Origin: Microthyrium microscopicum
Taxonomy: Eukaryota
Direction of reading: 5' to 3'
Length of the DNA: 64,000 nucleotides
Assembly (NCBI GenBank): GCA_010405405.1
Contig: MU004238.1
Span: forward strand, 1,251,530-1,315,529
Part shown: positions 24,267 through 37,494 of the stretch, in pieces
How positions within the stretch are numbered: position 1 is the first letter of the stretch
Layout of the letters: each line of letters starts with the position of its first letter
Made by a program: the position numbers and the translations under genes
The notes under the pieces: generated by a model
The model's input: only the letters and a program-made list of their open reading frames with translations
The model's database searches: none
Told to the model about the DNA's origin: nothing

Positions 24267-26784
24267 TCAATACACACCATCATCAGCCCACTCCTCTTCA
24301 CCGCCATTACGCAGCCGCTTTCCTTCTACGCCTGCCTGCCAGCCGTCTGGACTCATACGTTTGTGCGCTGTTACTTGCGGCGCCAAACCTGCTGCATATC
24401 GCGCTTGTTGCGCGCGCACTTTGGCGTAGTATGCATCTGTCGCATCGGCTTCCTCTACGCTCACGTCTTCGTCAAAAGTCTCCCAGTTCTCGCTGCCGCT
24501 CACCACACTAGCGCTTTGATTGCTCGCTGCACTCTGTGTGCTGGCAGCACTCTGTTGGCTGATCTGACGGCTCTGCGGGCGACTAGCGGCTGGAGGAGCG
24601 TGCGTGTAGGAACGTTCGCCTGTGTGGGCTGACGACGCAAGGCTATGGCTGTTGCCGTACGGGTTGGAGATGGTGGATGAAGCGGAACTGGCATATGAAC
24701 GAACGGAAGCGTTGGACGAGCCGTAGAAATCGGAGCGGGAGATGTTGGTGCTGCGAAGGGAGGGATCGTCATATGGATCCTCGGGTGCGGTTTGGCGGAT
24801 GATGGAAGCGGAGCGCTCCAGGTCGGGAGTGGGGCGGGAGTATGTTGGTGTGGATTGCGGTTGTGGTGGATTGAAGAGATCTTTCATCTTAGGAGGAGGG
24901 AGGCGTGGTGGGCCCATGGTGTTTGAGGAGTGAGCATTGGACATATTGGGCTTGGAGCCCAGGGTCATGTACTTGCGCTCGGGTGAGTTGTTGCCATGAG
25001 TATTTGATAGTGGTGCCCGAGCTGGGATTCGCGATGGGCTGGTGGCTTTTGAGGTACTGGTGGTGCTTTTGTGAGCAACAGATTGTGAGAGAGGATTGCC
25101 GCGGATCGTGGCAAAGTTAGTGGGTGTTTTGGATCGGAGGTTTGATTGAGGAGCGGCTTTGACAGTGCCATTCTTGACCACCGAATTGGTCGGTTTGGAC
25201 TGTGATCTAGAATGACCAGAGGGAGTTTTGGATCGTGGTGGAGGTGCCTTAGCTTGTGCTGCTGCGAGTTCTTCGAGATAGTCAATACCATGTACCAAGA
25301 ATGGACGACCATATTCTTGATCATATTTCTCCAAAACTTTCTTCAGCTCAACTTCGACCTTTGGAAGATCCTTGGCGATTCGTTTACGCATCTTTTCTTC
25401 TCGAAGAAGACGAGTAGGATCCCGCTTTTCTCCTTTCTGTCCTCGCAGCATAAGTCGTGAAGCATCTTGACTCGAAGCAGCCAGCTCATTACGCTCGTTG
25501 ATAAGTGTCCGATGTTTGTCAATCATATCCAGGATAGGCTGACGTTGTTCTCGCAGATTCTCCAGTCTTTCAATCTCACTCTCGTGAGCTGCAAGAAGCG
25601 CATCGCTATAGACATCTGTAACATGTCGAGTTAGTGGTCTGACTAGGATTAATGACTCTCTTATCTTACCTGAAAAGGCCGGGGTAAAGTTTAACATCTC
25701 TTCCTCAGAGAAGTAAAGTGAATCCCACAGGTCCTGAAGCCGTATCCGAGACTCTTCGACAAAGAGTCCAAGGTTTTGCTTCTTGAGCTCGGTCAAACGA
25801 CCCAATTCATCCTCAAACTCATTAATTGTGCGCATCCCACAGCCTCTATTTCGCGCAAGAAATTGTCGCTTATCATCTTCAGGAATGCACAGTCTCTCCC
25901 ATAATTGCTCAATCTGATTTCCAATATCTCGTAGGCGGTTTTCTCGAGCTTTCTTCTCGTCGCTGAGTCTATCGCGCTTTGCTCGCAAACGTCCAATATC
26001 ATCAGAGTGTAGACCAAGTTGCTCGGGAGCTTCGCGCGCCAACTCAACAATGTTGCTGTCAGTTTGCGCTTGTGGGGTTCCCAACTCGGCCCAGAAATTG
26101 ATGATTTCTCCGCAGAGAGATCTGATTGTATCGAGTCGGCGTTGGTATTCTTCGTAAACACGTGTGAATTCATCGTCAAGAGCGGCAAAGTAGGTATGTG
26201 AGAGATCGAACGTTGGAGGGCAGGTCGCGTTGTTGTCGAGAGGAGGGAGAGGGACCTTGCAGAAAGTAGGTTCAAGATGTGAGGAGTAAGAGTCAATGGC
26301 TAGTGCAAGTTCTAAAACAGTTATTAAATTGACCATCATTGCATCTGGGCGGAGACGTACTCTTGACTTGTTCATATCGCTCGCGATGGACTTTGTTGAC
26401 AGCCTTGTGTCGCTCTTTAAGGGACTGAAGGCACGCTTTGAGGGGATAGGTAACTTTCAGGTCTTCGTCAAGCTCGTAATTCGCGTTTTTGCCCTCGAGG
26501 CTGATAGTCATATGTTTGATAGTGGTGATCAGCTTGTCCGCCTCTTCAGCTAGGGCGTGTTTTTCACTATTTAATCATGAGTATTTCTTTTCGCATTAGC
26601 TTTATGCACATTAAACGTACTTGGTAACTAGTTTGAGTTGGTTGTGCAAAGTCTCTGACAGCGCAGCAAAGAGCTCCGACTCTCTTGAATCGCGCTCATG
26701 GCTTGGGATACCGATCTCGTCGAAGAGTTCGTGGAGTTTGTTGACAATAGTCGAAACTTGTTTCTCAAGATATGAGGTGTCCAT
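24267..26784 (-). CDS. ASE1: Spindle midzone microtubule-bundling protein Ase1/PRC1
   Basis: MDTSYL start, ITYPL-like motif, LQDLWDSLYFSEEE and RDPTRLLREEKMRKRI, with a disordered tail. Three introns. Confidence 0.92.
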
Positions 26785-29700
26785 GGCGACTAGTCTGCTG
26801 CCTCCCAGCGGCGAGCTTGATATCAAAGAATCGTCATGCACAAACAAAGGGCTGTGGGAAGAAGGTGAACGCTCGGATATCGTGGTGGTGAGAATGATGA
26901 CAGACGGGTCAATGGTCGCAGCGTGTCAGATAAATGGGGTGGTAGGTTGAAGATCTTGTTGATTGGATCTTAGTCCAGTGTAAAGAAGACTTGGGAGTGA
27001 ACCGTTGGTAAAGGTGATAGCCAAAGTTGATCGAGCGTCCCAAAGAGGTTTAGGGCCATCACCATGACAACTCCCTCCTTTCCTGGCTAGCTACCACCCT
27101 TCTCCCGCATCTACATCCATCCTCTGTCTAGAAACCCCTTTCAAATCCCGAACCGCTGCTCTTTCGGAGTCTCATGCTTGTTTTCGTCGTACATGGCTTG
27201 TCCTTTATCGCCTGTTGCTTAGGAAGAATCAACTTTGTAAACTTATCGAGTACCACCAAACAACTCTGAGGAACTCTGGCCATGGTTCTTTCCCTAGCAA
27301 AGTTGGACATGAAACAACTACCTGGGGTACTTGCAATCAACAAACACAACATTCATATCTGAGAAGTAGCCTCGATGGCTTCCATTGTATTAATGCGACC
27401 TCTTCCGTCATTCCAGAGAGTCACTCAGCAGAAGAACTTGATCTTGCCTAGAGCTTGATCAAAAAAGGCTGTCAATCTTTCTCAATTGTTTGACATTGAT
27501 TCGATGTTTGTGACACTTGTGTAGATATTCGGCGGTACCGCTTCCTTGTTCCTATGGTACATTCACTCCTTGCCAAACAACCTCTTTCTATTACTATATG
27601 GATTGAAAGTCTTGGTATACCTTCCCTGGTCCGAAAGTCACTGCCGTTTGAGCAAGTGCGGTCCTTGCAGGTGTTAGGGTTTGCTCTAAGCTGCAAGCTT
27701 GCAACAGGCGATCATGAATGAAGCATCTCCGAGGAGCTTTACAAAGAAATAGCCAGGTCCACGGTTCAACGAGAGCACACACGAGTTGAATATCTCAAAA
27801 ATGCGTTGCTGAGCAAATCTGAAGATTCGTGGAAGCATAAAGAGATTGGGACAAATATGTTTCGTATGGCCTTTTCAAGTTCAGACAATCAGATCTATCT
27901 GGTTGATTATATCCATCGGATTAGCATTTTGGCTTATCTTACCTATTTCATCACCATAACCTTGAAGATGCCACCAGACCGAAACCTTAACTTATGGTGT
28001 CCCAAACCTTGCCTTATGGTGTCCGAGTAGACCCGCAACCACACCTTGAGGGTTCGCCGACGGCCACCTCAACCGCGCAAAACTAAAACACGTTATACTT
28101 AATGCACTTCCTCAAGGATGATTGCATAGTTGGGTTTGAGTCTTCAGCGATTGGATGCTCAAGGACAAGGAAGCGCACTAAGCGGCGGGCCAAAAACCAT
28201 GCGTCATGAAAGTGCCGAATTTCATCAGTGTGGCCTGACCGATGCCTCACACGCGACCTCGCCATACCGACTGGAAGATGAATCCGGGGATCCGCGTAGC
28301 GGTCTTTAGGAGATGACCAATTGACGTGAGACTAAAGGTATTACTCGCATTTAACCTTGTCGTCTGGAAGGATTAGGCGAGATCTTAGTACGTCTAATAA
28401 TGGACCCTCGCAGCCCGCAGGCCGGGGGACAGGTGCGCATATGAAATTCGATGTGCTGCCCCAGACACATGCTGGCGCACCTCGATTGCATATATTAAAG
28501 AAAACGCGCCCTTCTGTCTTGATATATTGAAGATGTGAATTTGAACTTTCTATCGCAGGAGTTGTTGCCACCTTGATGTATTGGCGCGGTTGTAGGCGGG
28601 GTCCGATAAAACATCTTGATATGCACGAGGACGAAGGGTGTCTTACAAGTTACCAGCCGGATGTATTCCGTAAGACGCGACAACCGAAGCTAGATCTCCC
28701 AAGACCTGAGAGAAGCGCAGTCAACAAATGATGAGCTGGTCATGGACAGCCATTTGCTATTTATTAGCAATTTTGAAGGGGACTCTCCTGCGCAATGCGC
28801 ATCACTATGATTGAGTGGTTCAAGTATGCCTCGGATGAGCCTACAAGCCCAGTACCTGGTGCTCAGTTACGTACAAGTACTTCAGAAGTACTAATTTTTA
28901 CGTACTTGCAGTCAGAGATTTTCGCTGGTGACCGTGTCCTCGTCGTGTGAACAATAAATGAAGCAAGGGAGCAGCTTGAATTGATGGAAATGATGAAACA
29001 TGTAACAAACCAGTGGCAATGCAAAGGCCATCATGAGAATAGTTGTTTGGTTGAGACTTGAAGATATCTCCGCAGAGTGGACATTTTGCTTCCGCATGCT
29101 TGGGAATGGGCGGCCAAGGCACGCGATCATCGCGCAGCTAAACAGGTAACCTTGCTATCGTGTGCCTCTCTCGTAACCTCATTGCTGTTGGATGATAAGG
29201 CCAGCAATCAATATCTAGATGGAAACAAGTAGCCTGAGTGCTTGGAAAAGGAGATAAAGGGAGGTGAACGGGTCCGATGCAGATGCAAACAATTATACAT
29301 ACTATGTATGGCTTGGAAAAGCAGTCACGATCGAGCCTTGCTTCCTTCGTTCCTTCCAAACTGCATTCCATGAAAGCCACGTTATTAATTCCAACTACAT
29401 GCCATGAATTCGTGGTACATACTATCTACTCTACCACAATTTCCTCCCTGTCTAATCTTGCACCACATACGGATATGGAAACATATTTGACTTTAACTGT
29501 TTGACAACGGAGTGCTCCGGTATTCCGTACAGCTAGCCTCTTTTCAGTCTTCGTATTGCAAACCTGCCAGCGTCGCACCTTGCGCGGTGTGCACATGCAG
29601 CACTTGAGCACACGCTCCTTTCCGGTCGGCGGATGCTGAGGCATTATTTGGTGTGGTGATTGATTTTGATCCACCCTGTCTTGCCTTATCTCTGCTTGCT

Positions 29701-30372
29701 TATCCCCACGCTCTCCCTCCTCTCTGGTTGGCTCATACGCTGTTGGGCGACCGTCTCTTCCAGGCAATCCGTCCATTCAGCCCCGTTGCTCCAGATTGAT
29801 CCATCTCCTATTGATCCGATCAAATCCACGTCCATCTGCATCGCTCCCTAAACAGAACTCCTCCACTCTCAACATTCAACATCTACCATTCTCCCTCTTT
29901 CCGCCTCTCCCGCCAGCAAATCAAACCTGCGCAACATCTCTTCACCCCGTGCTCAGCATTGTTTCACTGCCTCAGCAACGCCTGTATCACTAGGCTTACT
30001 GCTCATTTTGGGCCACGCCTTGCTAGTGCAAGGGGGATCATCTTCCACCGCCACGGATGCCTTTTCAAGAGCATACCTTAAATCGCTCCATCCCGCGGGC
30101 ATACACCTTTCAACAATCCCTAGAAAAAACCTTGCCAACACCGCTATTTGGACGCTCGTTCAGGTCCGCCGACCGAAAAAATTACCGCGCCCATGTTCAG
30201 TGTTAGCTGCCTTCCTCGGCACTAATCAGGTACTGCCAAATCATCACCCTTCGCCTACGGCCCGCATACAAGGCTTTAGACCCTTAAACCATACAACTGC
30301 CTGTGCGTCTGGGGTCGTCACTTGTAGTCTTTTGGGATTCTCTTCACCTGGCCAATATTCGAATTTCAAAAT

Positions 30373-31941
30373 ATGATGGTGCCACGGTCTTTTATGCGGC
30401 CCAGTGCCCTTTGCGACGTGTCTCCAAATCACTCCAACCGCCGGAAGGGTTTATCATCACCAAAGTCAAATCCATCAACTCCAAATCAATCGCGAAGTTC
30501 ATCACCAACCAAACTACCACCACCACAACGACGTCCTGTACAAAGCGAAAAGTCGATATCTGCTCCTATCATCACCTCTGTTTCAGGTTCAATCCACTCT
30601 ATACATGTAAATGATCGCAATACTTCGCCAAGAATTGAAAAGACCACGACGGCATCGCAAAAACAGCCGACCTCACAACCAATGAGCATACCAAATATCC
30701 GACGGAACACTAGTCCGCCGGTGGCTAAGTCGGTTCAGTCTAGGAGGGGGTCAAAGAGAACAGCAGAAGGCCACGATCCAGATGCAATTCCACCTGCTGT
30801 CGCAGCATTACTTGCGGTCACCGCCATTCCTCGACTTCCAAGGCGAAAGGCTAAAAATGGGCATTCTCTGCCTAGAAAAATATCAGTGGAGCGCTTAAGA
30901 GAAGAATGGAGAAAGGATGTGAGCGCAGCATCATCGCTTGGAAATGGGTCACCACTGGATTTCCTGCTAGAAGCGTCCGATGCGGATGAATCCATGTCTA
31001 TTGGAGATGACGACAAACAGAGCATGAGCATGACTTCGCGATCAGTATCCAGCGATTCTATAACCTCCACGCCATCTTTGGAAGTAGATTCGGGAACATT
31101 TTCTAGCCTGTACAGCTCACCCTCAACACCCATCGCATCGCTCCGACGATCTTCACGAACAGAACGCAAAGTATGCTCTCCACCTGCCGAAGAGGTTCAT
31201 GAACATCCCCTTCTGGACGTCGCCATTCCTGAAGACTCCGTAGAAACCGTCGCTATGCCAATCAGTCGACCTACACCAACGCCGTCAAAGTCGCGCTCTC
31301 TATTCAAATCAAATCTCACCGCATCATTTCAAGCAATTCGCTCTGCTGCGAAAGCCTTTTCCAACTTCACTGCGCCATCACTGCCATCTGACGACTTTCT
31401 CACTCGCAGTCTCTTCAACTCGCAGCGATTTAGCCCGGAAATGCGCCCACGCAACTTTGGCGCAGTACCAGATCCTGCATTACGACGCTATCTCAACCCC
31501 ACACCCGCGCTTAGCAGCCCGGACTTCCACAGCATGTTGACCGATGCTCTTGGTGCACGCGATCCTGATCCACTTGCGCCCGCTAGTGGCGAGGCCGCAC
31601 CTATGATACAGATGCAGACATATAGTCGGGGAGGTCGCAGCAAGTCACGACGTGGAAGTGCCGCATCCGACCGCTCAGACGTAACGATTACACCCAATGG
31701 ACTACCCGCCACTCGGCAACGTGAGCCGCGCGAGAACAGCGATTTCCTTCGTGTTATTGTTTTGGAGATGAATATGCGACGCACCGGCAAACTGGACCCA
31801 CGAGCAGCGGGACGAGCGCGAGTGTGGCTTCCACCTAGAAAGATGGCAGAAGGAAGCGAGCCAGCAGCGGCAGAAGATGGTATTGTGAAAAGAACTGTTC
31901 CTACGAGGTGGATTGGTGTCACTACCAACGAATTGGGCTAG
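30373..31941 (+). CDS. Ser/Pro-rich fungal protein of unknown function (522 aa)
   Basis: Long intronless ORF with conserved-looking islands (VAALLAVTAIP, FKSNLTASFQAIRSAA, RQREPRENSDFLRVIVLEMNMRR). Confidence 0.8.
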   Translation: MMVPRSFMRPSALCDVSPNHSNRRKGLSSPKSNPSTPNQSRSSSPTKLPPPQRRPVQSEKSISAPIITSVSGSIHSIHVNDRNTSPRIEKTTTASQKQPTSQPMSIPNIRRNTSPPVAKSVQSRRGSKRTAEGHDPDAIPPAVAALLAVTAIPRLPRRKAKNGHSLPRKISVERLREEWRKDVSAASSLGNGSPLDFLLEASDADESMSIGDDDKQSMSMTSRSVSSDSITSTPSLEVDSGTFSSLYSSPSTPIASLRRSSRTERKVCSPPAEEVHEHPLLDVAIPEDSVETVAMPISRPTPTPSKSRSLFKSNLTASFQAIRSAAKAFSNFTAPSLPSDDFLTRSLFNSQRFSPEMRPRNFGAVPDPALRRYLNPTPALSSPDFHSMLTDALGARDPDPLAPASGEAAPMIQMQTYSRGGRSKSRRGSAASDRSDVTITPNGLPATRQREPRENSDFLRVIVLEMNMRRTGKLDPRAAGRARVWLPPRKMAEGSEPAAAEDGIVKRTVPTRWIGVTTNELG

Positions 31942-32412
31942 TGAGGTCCACGGAAAGAAGGCGCATTTTGTTGAGCGAAGACATGTTGAGCGAGCATTAT
32001 GACCCGTGCTTTTGATATTTTAAACAGCATTCTTGTTTTATACCCCCTGATCCAAGCAACACGCACTTTCATTTTCATTTATTTATTGTTGTAACAATAT
32101 TAGCACATCACAGCGAGGCGGTCGGCATTGGTAGCATAGTATGCCCCTATTCTACAAGTAGCTGGTATAGAGGCATAGAGAGTTCGAATTGCAAAGACAA
32201 AGCTCAGGACGTATCAATTGGCAGGGTGGCCATTGATTGTATCTGCCGCAAGTAGTACATAGTATCTAATGGCCTCAACGGCTCAATGAAGAAATTGTAC
32301 AAAACTAAATATTATCATATCGCTCTTTGACTAGTACTACACACAGATCCAATCATGGGGTATCATTTTTTACAAAATCGCAATCATCTCATCATCACTG
32401 CAACAATTACAC

Positions 32413-33167
32413 TCACGAGCTTTCCTTCTCAGCCATAACGCCCATTAACCACTCTCGCCCCGTCTCCTGCTTCCCTCCATCCCCGTCGCCATACATTTCC
32501 TCATCACTATCCTCCTCCTCTCCTTCCATGATCCCTTGCACTGCGACCGCACAAGCATCTTTCCACTCCTCCACCCCAAACGACCCCTCACTTTTTGCTA
32601 GTATCACCTTTCCTTCACCTGTGATCCCAAAGACATGCGTCCCATCCCACTCGCCTTCATACTCTGTCACGTCATCCACCAGCACCGCTCCTTGTCCGCG
32701 CGCCGTCACTGCCAGCGCAGGCACGACTGTCGTCCGCAGTGCTACACCACCATCTAGCAGCGCCAGCATCGCGGCGCCGAGTAGCGCGGGCACTTGCGTC
32801 AATGTGTTGGTTGAGCTTGATTCGGAGCGCAGGATTTGTAGCGTGAGTTGGATTAGAGTGCGTGGGTAGGTTTCTGTGCGGATTAGGCGGCGGATTGTGG
32901 GCTCGAGGAGCAGTTCGAGGGAGCGTTCGCGGATTGCTGGTTGAGACGCGTTAGTTTTGCGACAATTACATGAGATGTGAAGGGAACTTTACTGCTTATG
33001 CCAGTGGCGGGCCGGATGTGTAGTTCGACGGTGGCTTCTTCGGGGAGCTCGTCGCGGCGGGGGACTTCGAGGGGACCATTGACTGCTGCGGTGATGGTGT
33101 GGCCGTGGGCGGTGTGCGTCGCGGAGCCGTCGGGGGAGGAGAGCGGGTGGAGGATTGTTGTTGTCAT
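32413..33167 (-). CDS. RRP46: Exosome complex subunit Rrp46 (RNase PH family)
   Basis: LSSPDGSA, AAVNGPLEVPRRDELPEEATVE, YPRTLIQLTLQI and ALLDGGVAL. Intron ~32937-32992. Confidence 0.88.
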
Positions 33168-33412
33168 GGCTTTTTTGTGTGCGATTTATCGTTGCGCTGC
33201 GTGATTTCCTAGAGTGAGAAAAAAGTTTGGTGTTGAGTTTGGGGTGCCCGTGTAACAGAGCTAGTCCCTGTACCTGTTGCATCGGCTCGGTTTGCCATCC
33301 TAGCTGCCAGATGCATATGAATACCAGCCCGCCTTTTTTTCCAAGACAAACAAGCTCACCAACTGCACTGGAAGCCTTCGGGAGCATTTATCTTATTTGA
33401 GTATTTGGAAAC

Positions 33413-33959
33413 ATGGCAGCGACATCTGGAAGGACACAATCACCTGTTAAACGGCTACTTAACGAGCTACAAACATACCACTCGGAACCAAACGAGGCTC
33501 TCGACCGCCTCGGCCCCGTCAACGACGATGAATTGATGCACTGGACTGCTGTTCTACGCGGAGTACCCGGGACGCCCTATGAAGGTGAGCACTTCTGGAA
33601 TGATGAGCAAGCTTGTGAGAGCATGCTAACCACATATAGATGGCCGCTGGCTGCTCGATATTCAAATACCAAACAACTACCCTTTGGCGCCACCAACCGT
33701 AACGTTCACGACACCCATCTGCCACCCAAATGTGCATTTTCGGACTGGCGAGATCTGTCTGGATACGCTTAAGACTGCGTGGTCTCCAGCCCTACAAATC
33801 AGCTCGACAATGACGGTTGTGGCACAGCTATTACAGAGCCCGGAGCCGGATAGTCCGCTGAACATTGATATTGCGCAGATGGAGAGACAGGGCGACTGGC
33901 TAGGGGCAGAGAGTCTGATACGGTACTATACTTCGACGCTGAGATATGAAGGGCGGTGA
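33413..33959 (+). CDS. PEX4: Ubiquitin-conjugating enzyme E2, Pex4/Ubc10-like
   Basis: KRLLNEL, GTPYEG|GRW, HPNVHFRTGEICLD (catalytic Cys), WSPA and PEPDSPLN. One intron at ~33584-33639. Confidence 0.8.
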
Positions 33960-34296
33960 AGAGACCACGAGGAAACTCAGAGCCTGCAAGCTGCCTGTAG
34001 AAATAATGAGATGAATGAATAGGCTATGAGGAGGAAATCAGGTCATATGGTGAAGCATGCACATAACGAACTGAGTCGATTTGATGAAAGATTGATATGG
34101 ATTTTGGAGCTGGAATAATGGGCGCATTCAACGAATGCATGCCTGCAATAGGGCCATATACGTAGCATACAAAACGAGGTCTGACATCAGTTGGCACGCA
34201 ATCACAAATGGCTGTAACAACCTCTATTCGTACACTTGTTTTGTGCTGTACAATCTACTAAGTGTGTATCTTCAACATTGCTAGACCCAGGCGCAA

Positions 34297-34832
34297 CTAT
34301 TCCTCCTCATCAGCATATTCCAACCTTCCAGCTTTCGAGTTCAAGTAATGATTTCTAAACACAATTTAGCATGTGCTCCGTTTGCTCTTGAACTTTCGTT
34401 GTAATTACCGCTTGTTGGCCCAGTCAAGTAGGAAGTACATCCCGAGGAGAGGTGGCGCCCAGTATAGAACCTGATTCTTGGCTCGGCGGGATACATTGAA
34501 TATAGCAGCTCGAGCGGCACCGGCAAATGGTCGTTGTCTGTTGGGCGAGAGGGAGTATGTGGTGATACCCTTCTGCTTGGTGATTGCTGATTGCAATTAG
34601 CACGGTCCTTCCTTTATCATATCGTACAGGGCTCAAGAGCGTCGTTCAAGCTCGAATCGACTCGAGAGGGGATAGACATACAGCCGAGATCACCCCATTC
34701 GTGGCCAAGGTATCTATTGACTGGTTAGTCGTGTTCTTGAATCCTGATATATCCGTCTTGTGGCCTGCCGGAGAGCAATATAGCGAAGATAGGGGCGAAA
34801 ACGTACGTTCCGGGTTGCGTTTCGTGTACCAT
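34297..34832 (-). CDS. QCR8: Cytochrome bc1 complex subunit 8
   Basis: Four exons give MVHETQPGT|YLGHEWGDLG|SITKQKGITTYSLSPNRQRPFAG...QVLYWAPP...R|NHYLNSKAGRLEYADEEE*. Confidence 0.93.
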
Positions 34833-35080
34833 TGTGAATACTGAGCTCGAGAGCGTAATATTCAAATGTCTGAGGAGGGATTGAGGTCAATTGGTGGCGT
34901 GGACTGGCGAGGGAATAGCAAAAGTTGCAATGGAGTTGACGAGAGCTCAGTTACCCTAACCCGAATTTTAGCCGATCAATGATCTTTTTCTCCAACTCCA
35001 TTGCTCAGCCTTGACTTTCCGATATTTCCGACCACCATTTCCCAATCAACCAAATCCATCATACATAGCTATCCGGAGCT

Positions 35081-35971
35081 ATGGAAAGAATCCTTGGTAC
35101 AGCGTCCAAGTGGGCAGTCCCTCTTTTCATAGGAGTATCCGTTGCCCAATCCTCAATATACGATGTACGCGGCGGAAGTCGAGCCGTCATCTTCGACCGT
35201 CTGTCGGGTGTCAAGGATGAAGTCATGAATGAGGGTACACATTTCCTAATTCCATGGCTACAAAAGAGCATCATATTCGACGTGCGGACAAAGCCCAGGA
35301 ACATCTCAACGACGACTGGAAGCAAGGATTTACAGATGGTTAGCTTGACACTCAGAGTCTTGCATCGTCCGGAAGTCAAGGCATTGCCAAAGATTTATCA
35401 AGTATGGTTCCAACACCTCTAGCAGAAGTAATCCTCTAATTGAATGCAGAATCTCGGTCAAGATTATGACGAGCGTGTCCTCCCATCCATCGGCAACGAA
35501 GTCCTCAAGGCCATTGTCGCCCAATTCGATGCCGCCGAACTCATCACACAGCGAGAAGCCGTGTCCAACAGAATCCGCGCCGAACTCCTCAAGCGCGCAC
35601 AAGAATTCAACATTGCTCTAGAAGATGTGTCCATCACCCACATGACTTTTGGTAAAGAATTCACCAAAGCCGTTGAAGAGAAGCAAATCGCCCAACAGGA
35701 AGCTGAACGCGCACGATTCATCGTCGAAAAGGCCGAACAGGAACGACAAGCCAATGTCATTCGCGCCGAGGGTGAAGCAGAAGCTGCTGAGACGATTTCA
35801 AAGGCGGTGGCAAAGAGTGGCAATGGTCTGCTCATGATTCGTCGAATCGAAACACAAAAGGATATTGCACAAATGCTGGCGAACAATCCGAATGTATCGT
35901 ATCTGCCGGGTGGTTCTAATGGCGGCGATGGGAAGGGTAGCGGAGGAAACTTTTTGTTGGGCTTACGGTGA
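35081..35971 (+). CDS. PHB1: Prohibitin 1
   Basis: [38 protein letters not shown] and [13 protein letters not shown]. Intron 35402-35449. Confidence 0.96.
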
Positions 35972-37494
35972 AAACCGCGTTGAGGTTTTGTAGGTGCTCG
36001 AATGGAAAGGTCTGTAAGCATATTGTATAGCTCCTCTCTTATACCCATAATGAAATGCTCTTTTACAAACATGCCAGTCAGTGGTTTTTTAATCTCCAGA
36101 AGTTCAGTGCTCAAGAACTGTCCTTGCCGACCGAATATCCGATGGACAAAATATTGGCCTAGCGCTATCAGCGTCTTTGGTTCCCATTCACTACGTTCTC
36201 TTGTGGACTGTTCTTTCCCACGTCATGTACTTGGAACGACTCATGGAACCTCGAACACTGTACCATAGAGATGATGTTCTCTATAAGGACCGGTTGCAGA
36301 AGTCGCACTCAATGGCAGCCTTGTTGACGACCCGTTCCCAAACAATCAAACTGCTGCTGATACTTCTTTGACTATGGCGTACCATGTCTACCGGTCGCTG
36401 TCATTCAATATCCAGCGCCCGATGTCAAAAGGAAAAGGAGAGACTACTCAAGACTTGAAGTTAAAATTCTACCAAACGCAATGAACTCTGGCATAAATCT
36501 AATCAATAGCAGGCGCTACCGGCACATTCTTCAGACATCACATGGAATATTTCCCAGCGCGTCCGCAATATCCTGAACGTTGAGTACACTCTGTGAGAGA
36601 AAAAGCATTGGTTCGAATGCATGGAACAGAATGTATGACAAATATCGTATTCGTGGTTGATTGGATTTGGAGCACGCCAGCTAGTCTGCCCACCCTCAAA
36701 AAGCCCTTGCAGTCAAAAGTATGATATATGTAAGATACTTATCATTATCTTTGTTGGATATCTATCGGTCAAGAGAGAGCTACCCTCCCAATAATGAATG
36801 CTTTGAGGTCTAGACAGTGTGGATTCATGCAGTAAGGCCTCCACTCGTCAGGTCGTTTACTCTCTTAGTGTTATCAATCCATGCACCTTCGGCATAAGAG
36901 CGAGGCTGTGCTTACAATTAGTGGGCAGGATCTGAAAACCACTCAAGTTTTGAGTTTCAGCTGTAAATATTGGATGGTTCGTTCACATCTTACATTGTGA
37001 TGAATGGAATGAATGAGAATTGGTAGAGGTAGCAAAGGGATGTTCTTGAATCTTGATGCATATCAAGTCTAGACTCCAAGAAGAGGCTCTGTAAGCCATC
37101 AAAGTCCGGACCATGAATGTATGATGGATAAGTGGAAAGAGGCTTGCAGTAAATGTCGGTAATTGGTTCAAATTCCGGCTATAGATAACAATAGAACAGC
37201 AAAGCCTAAACTAAACGCTGGACTGCGGTTAACATCAAAGTATTTTGGTTATGGCGTTGACCCTGCCCCTTTTGGTAATTTACCCAACGCCAACAACGCC
37301 AAATGTAACCACATCCTTTAAGTGGTGAACATGTCTCCGGCCCGTTTTTTCTGATGATCCATCTTCAGTCGTGTTTTTGTGACAACAGTTCTCGCAACAC
37401 TTTGAAATAACTTCGTGAACAACTATCGTCGATTTCGCTATACCTTTTCGCCCATCGATTTTTATCGTCTATCACCAGGGCCAAAATAGCCGCC

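Noticed and set aside
35464..36114. Long antisense ORFs over PHB1 (and similarly over PRP17, SNP1 and the 740-aa gene)
   Set aside because: Shadow ORFs expected from codon bias or low complexity on the coding strand, with no protein-like features.
36608..36625. tRNA T-arm-like GGTTCGAAT
   Set aside because: No cloverleaf pairing or A-box around it. No tRNA was recognised anywhere in the window.
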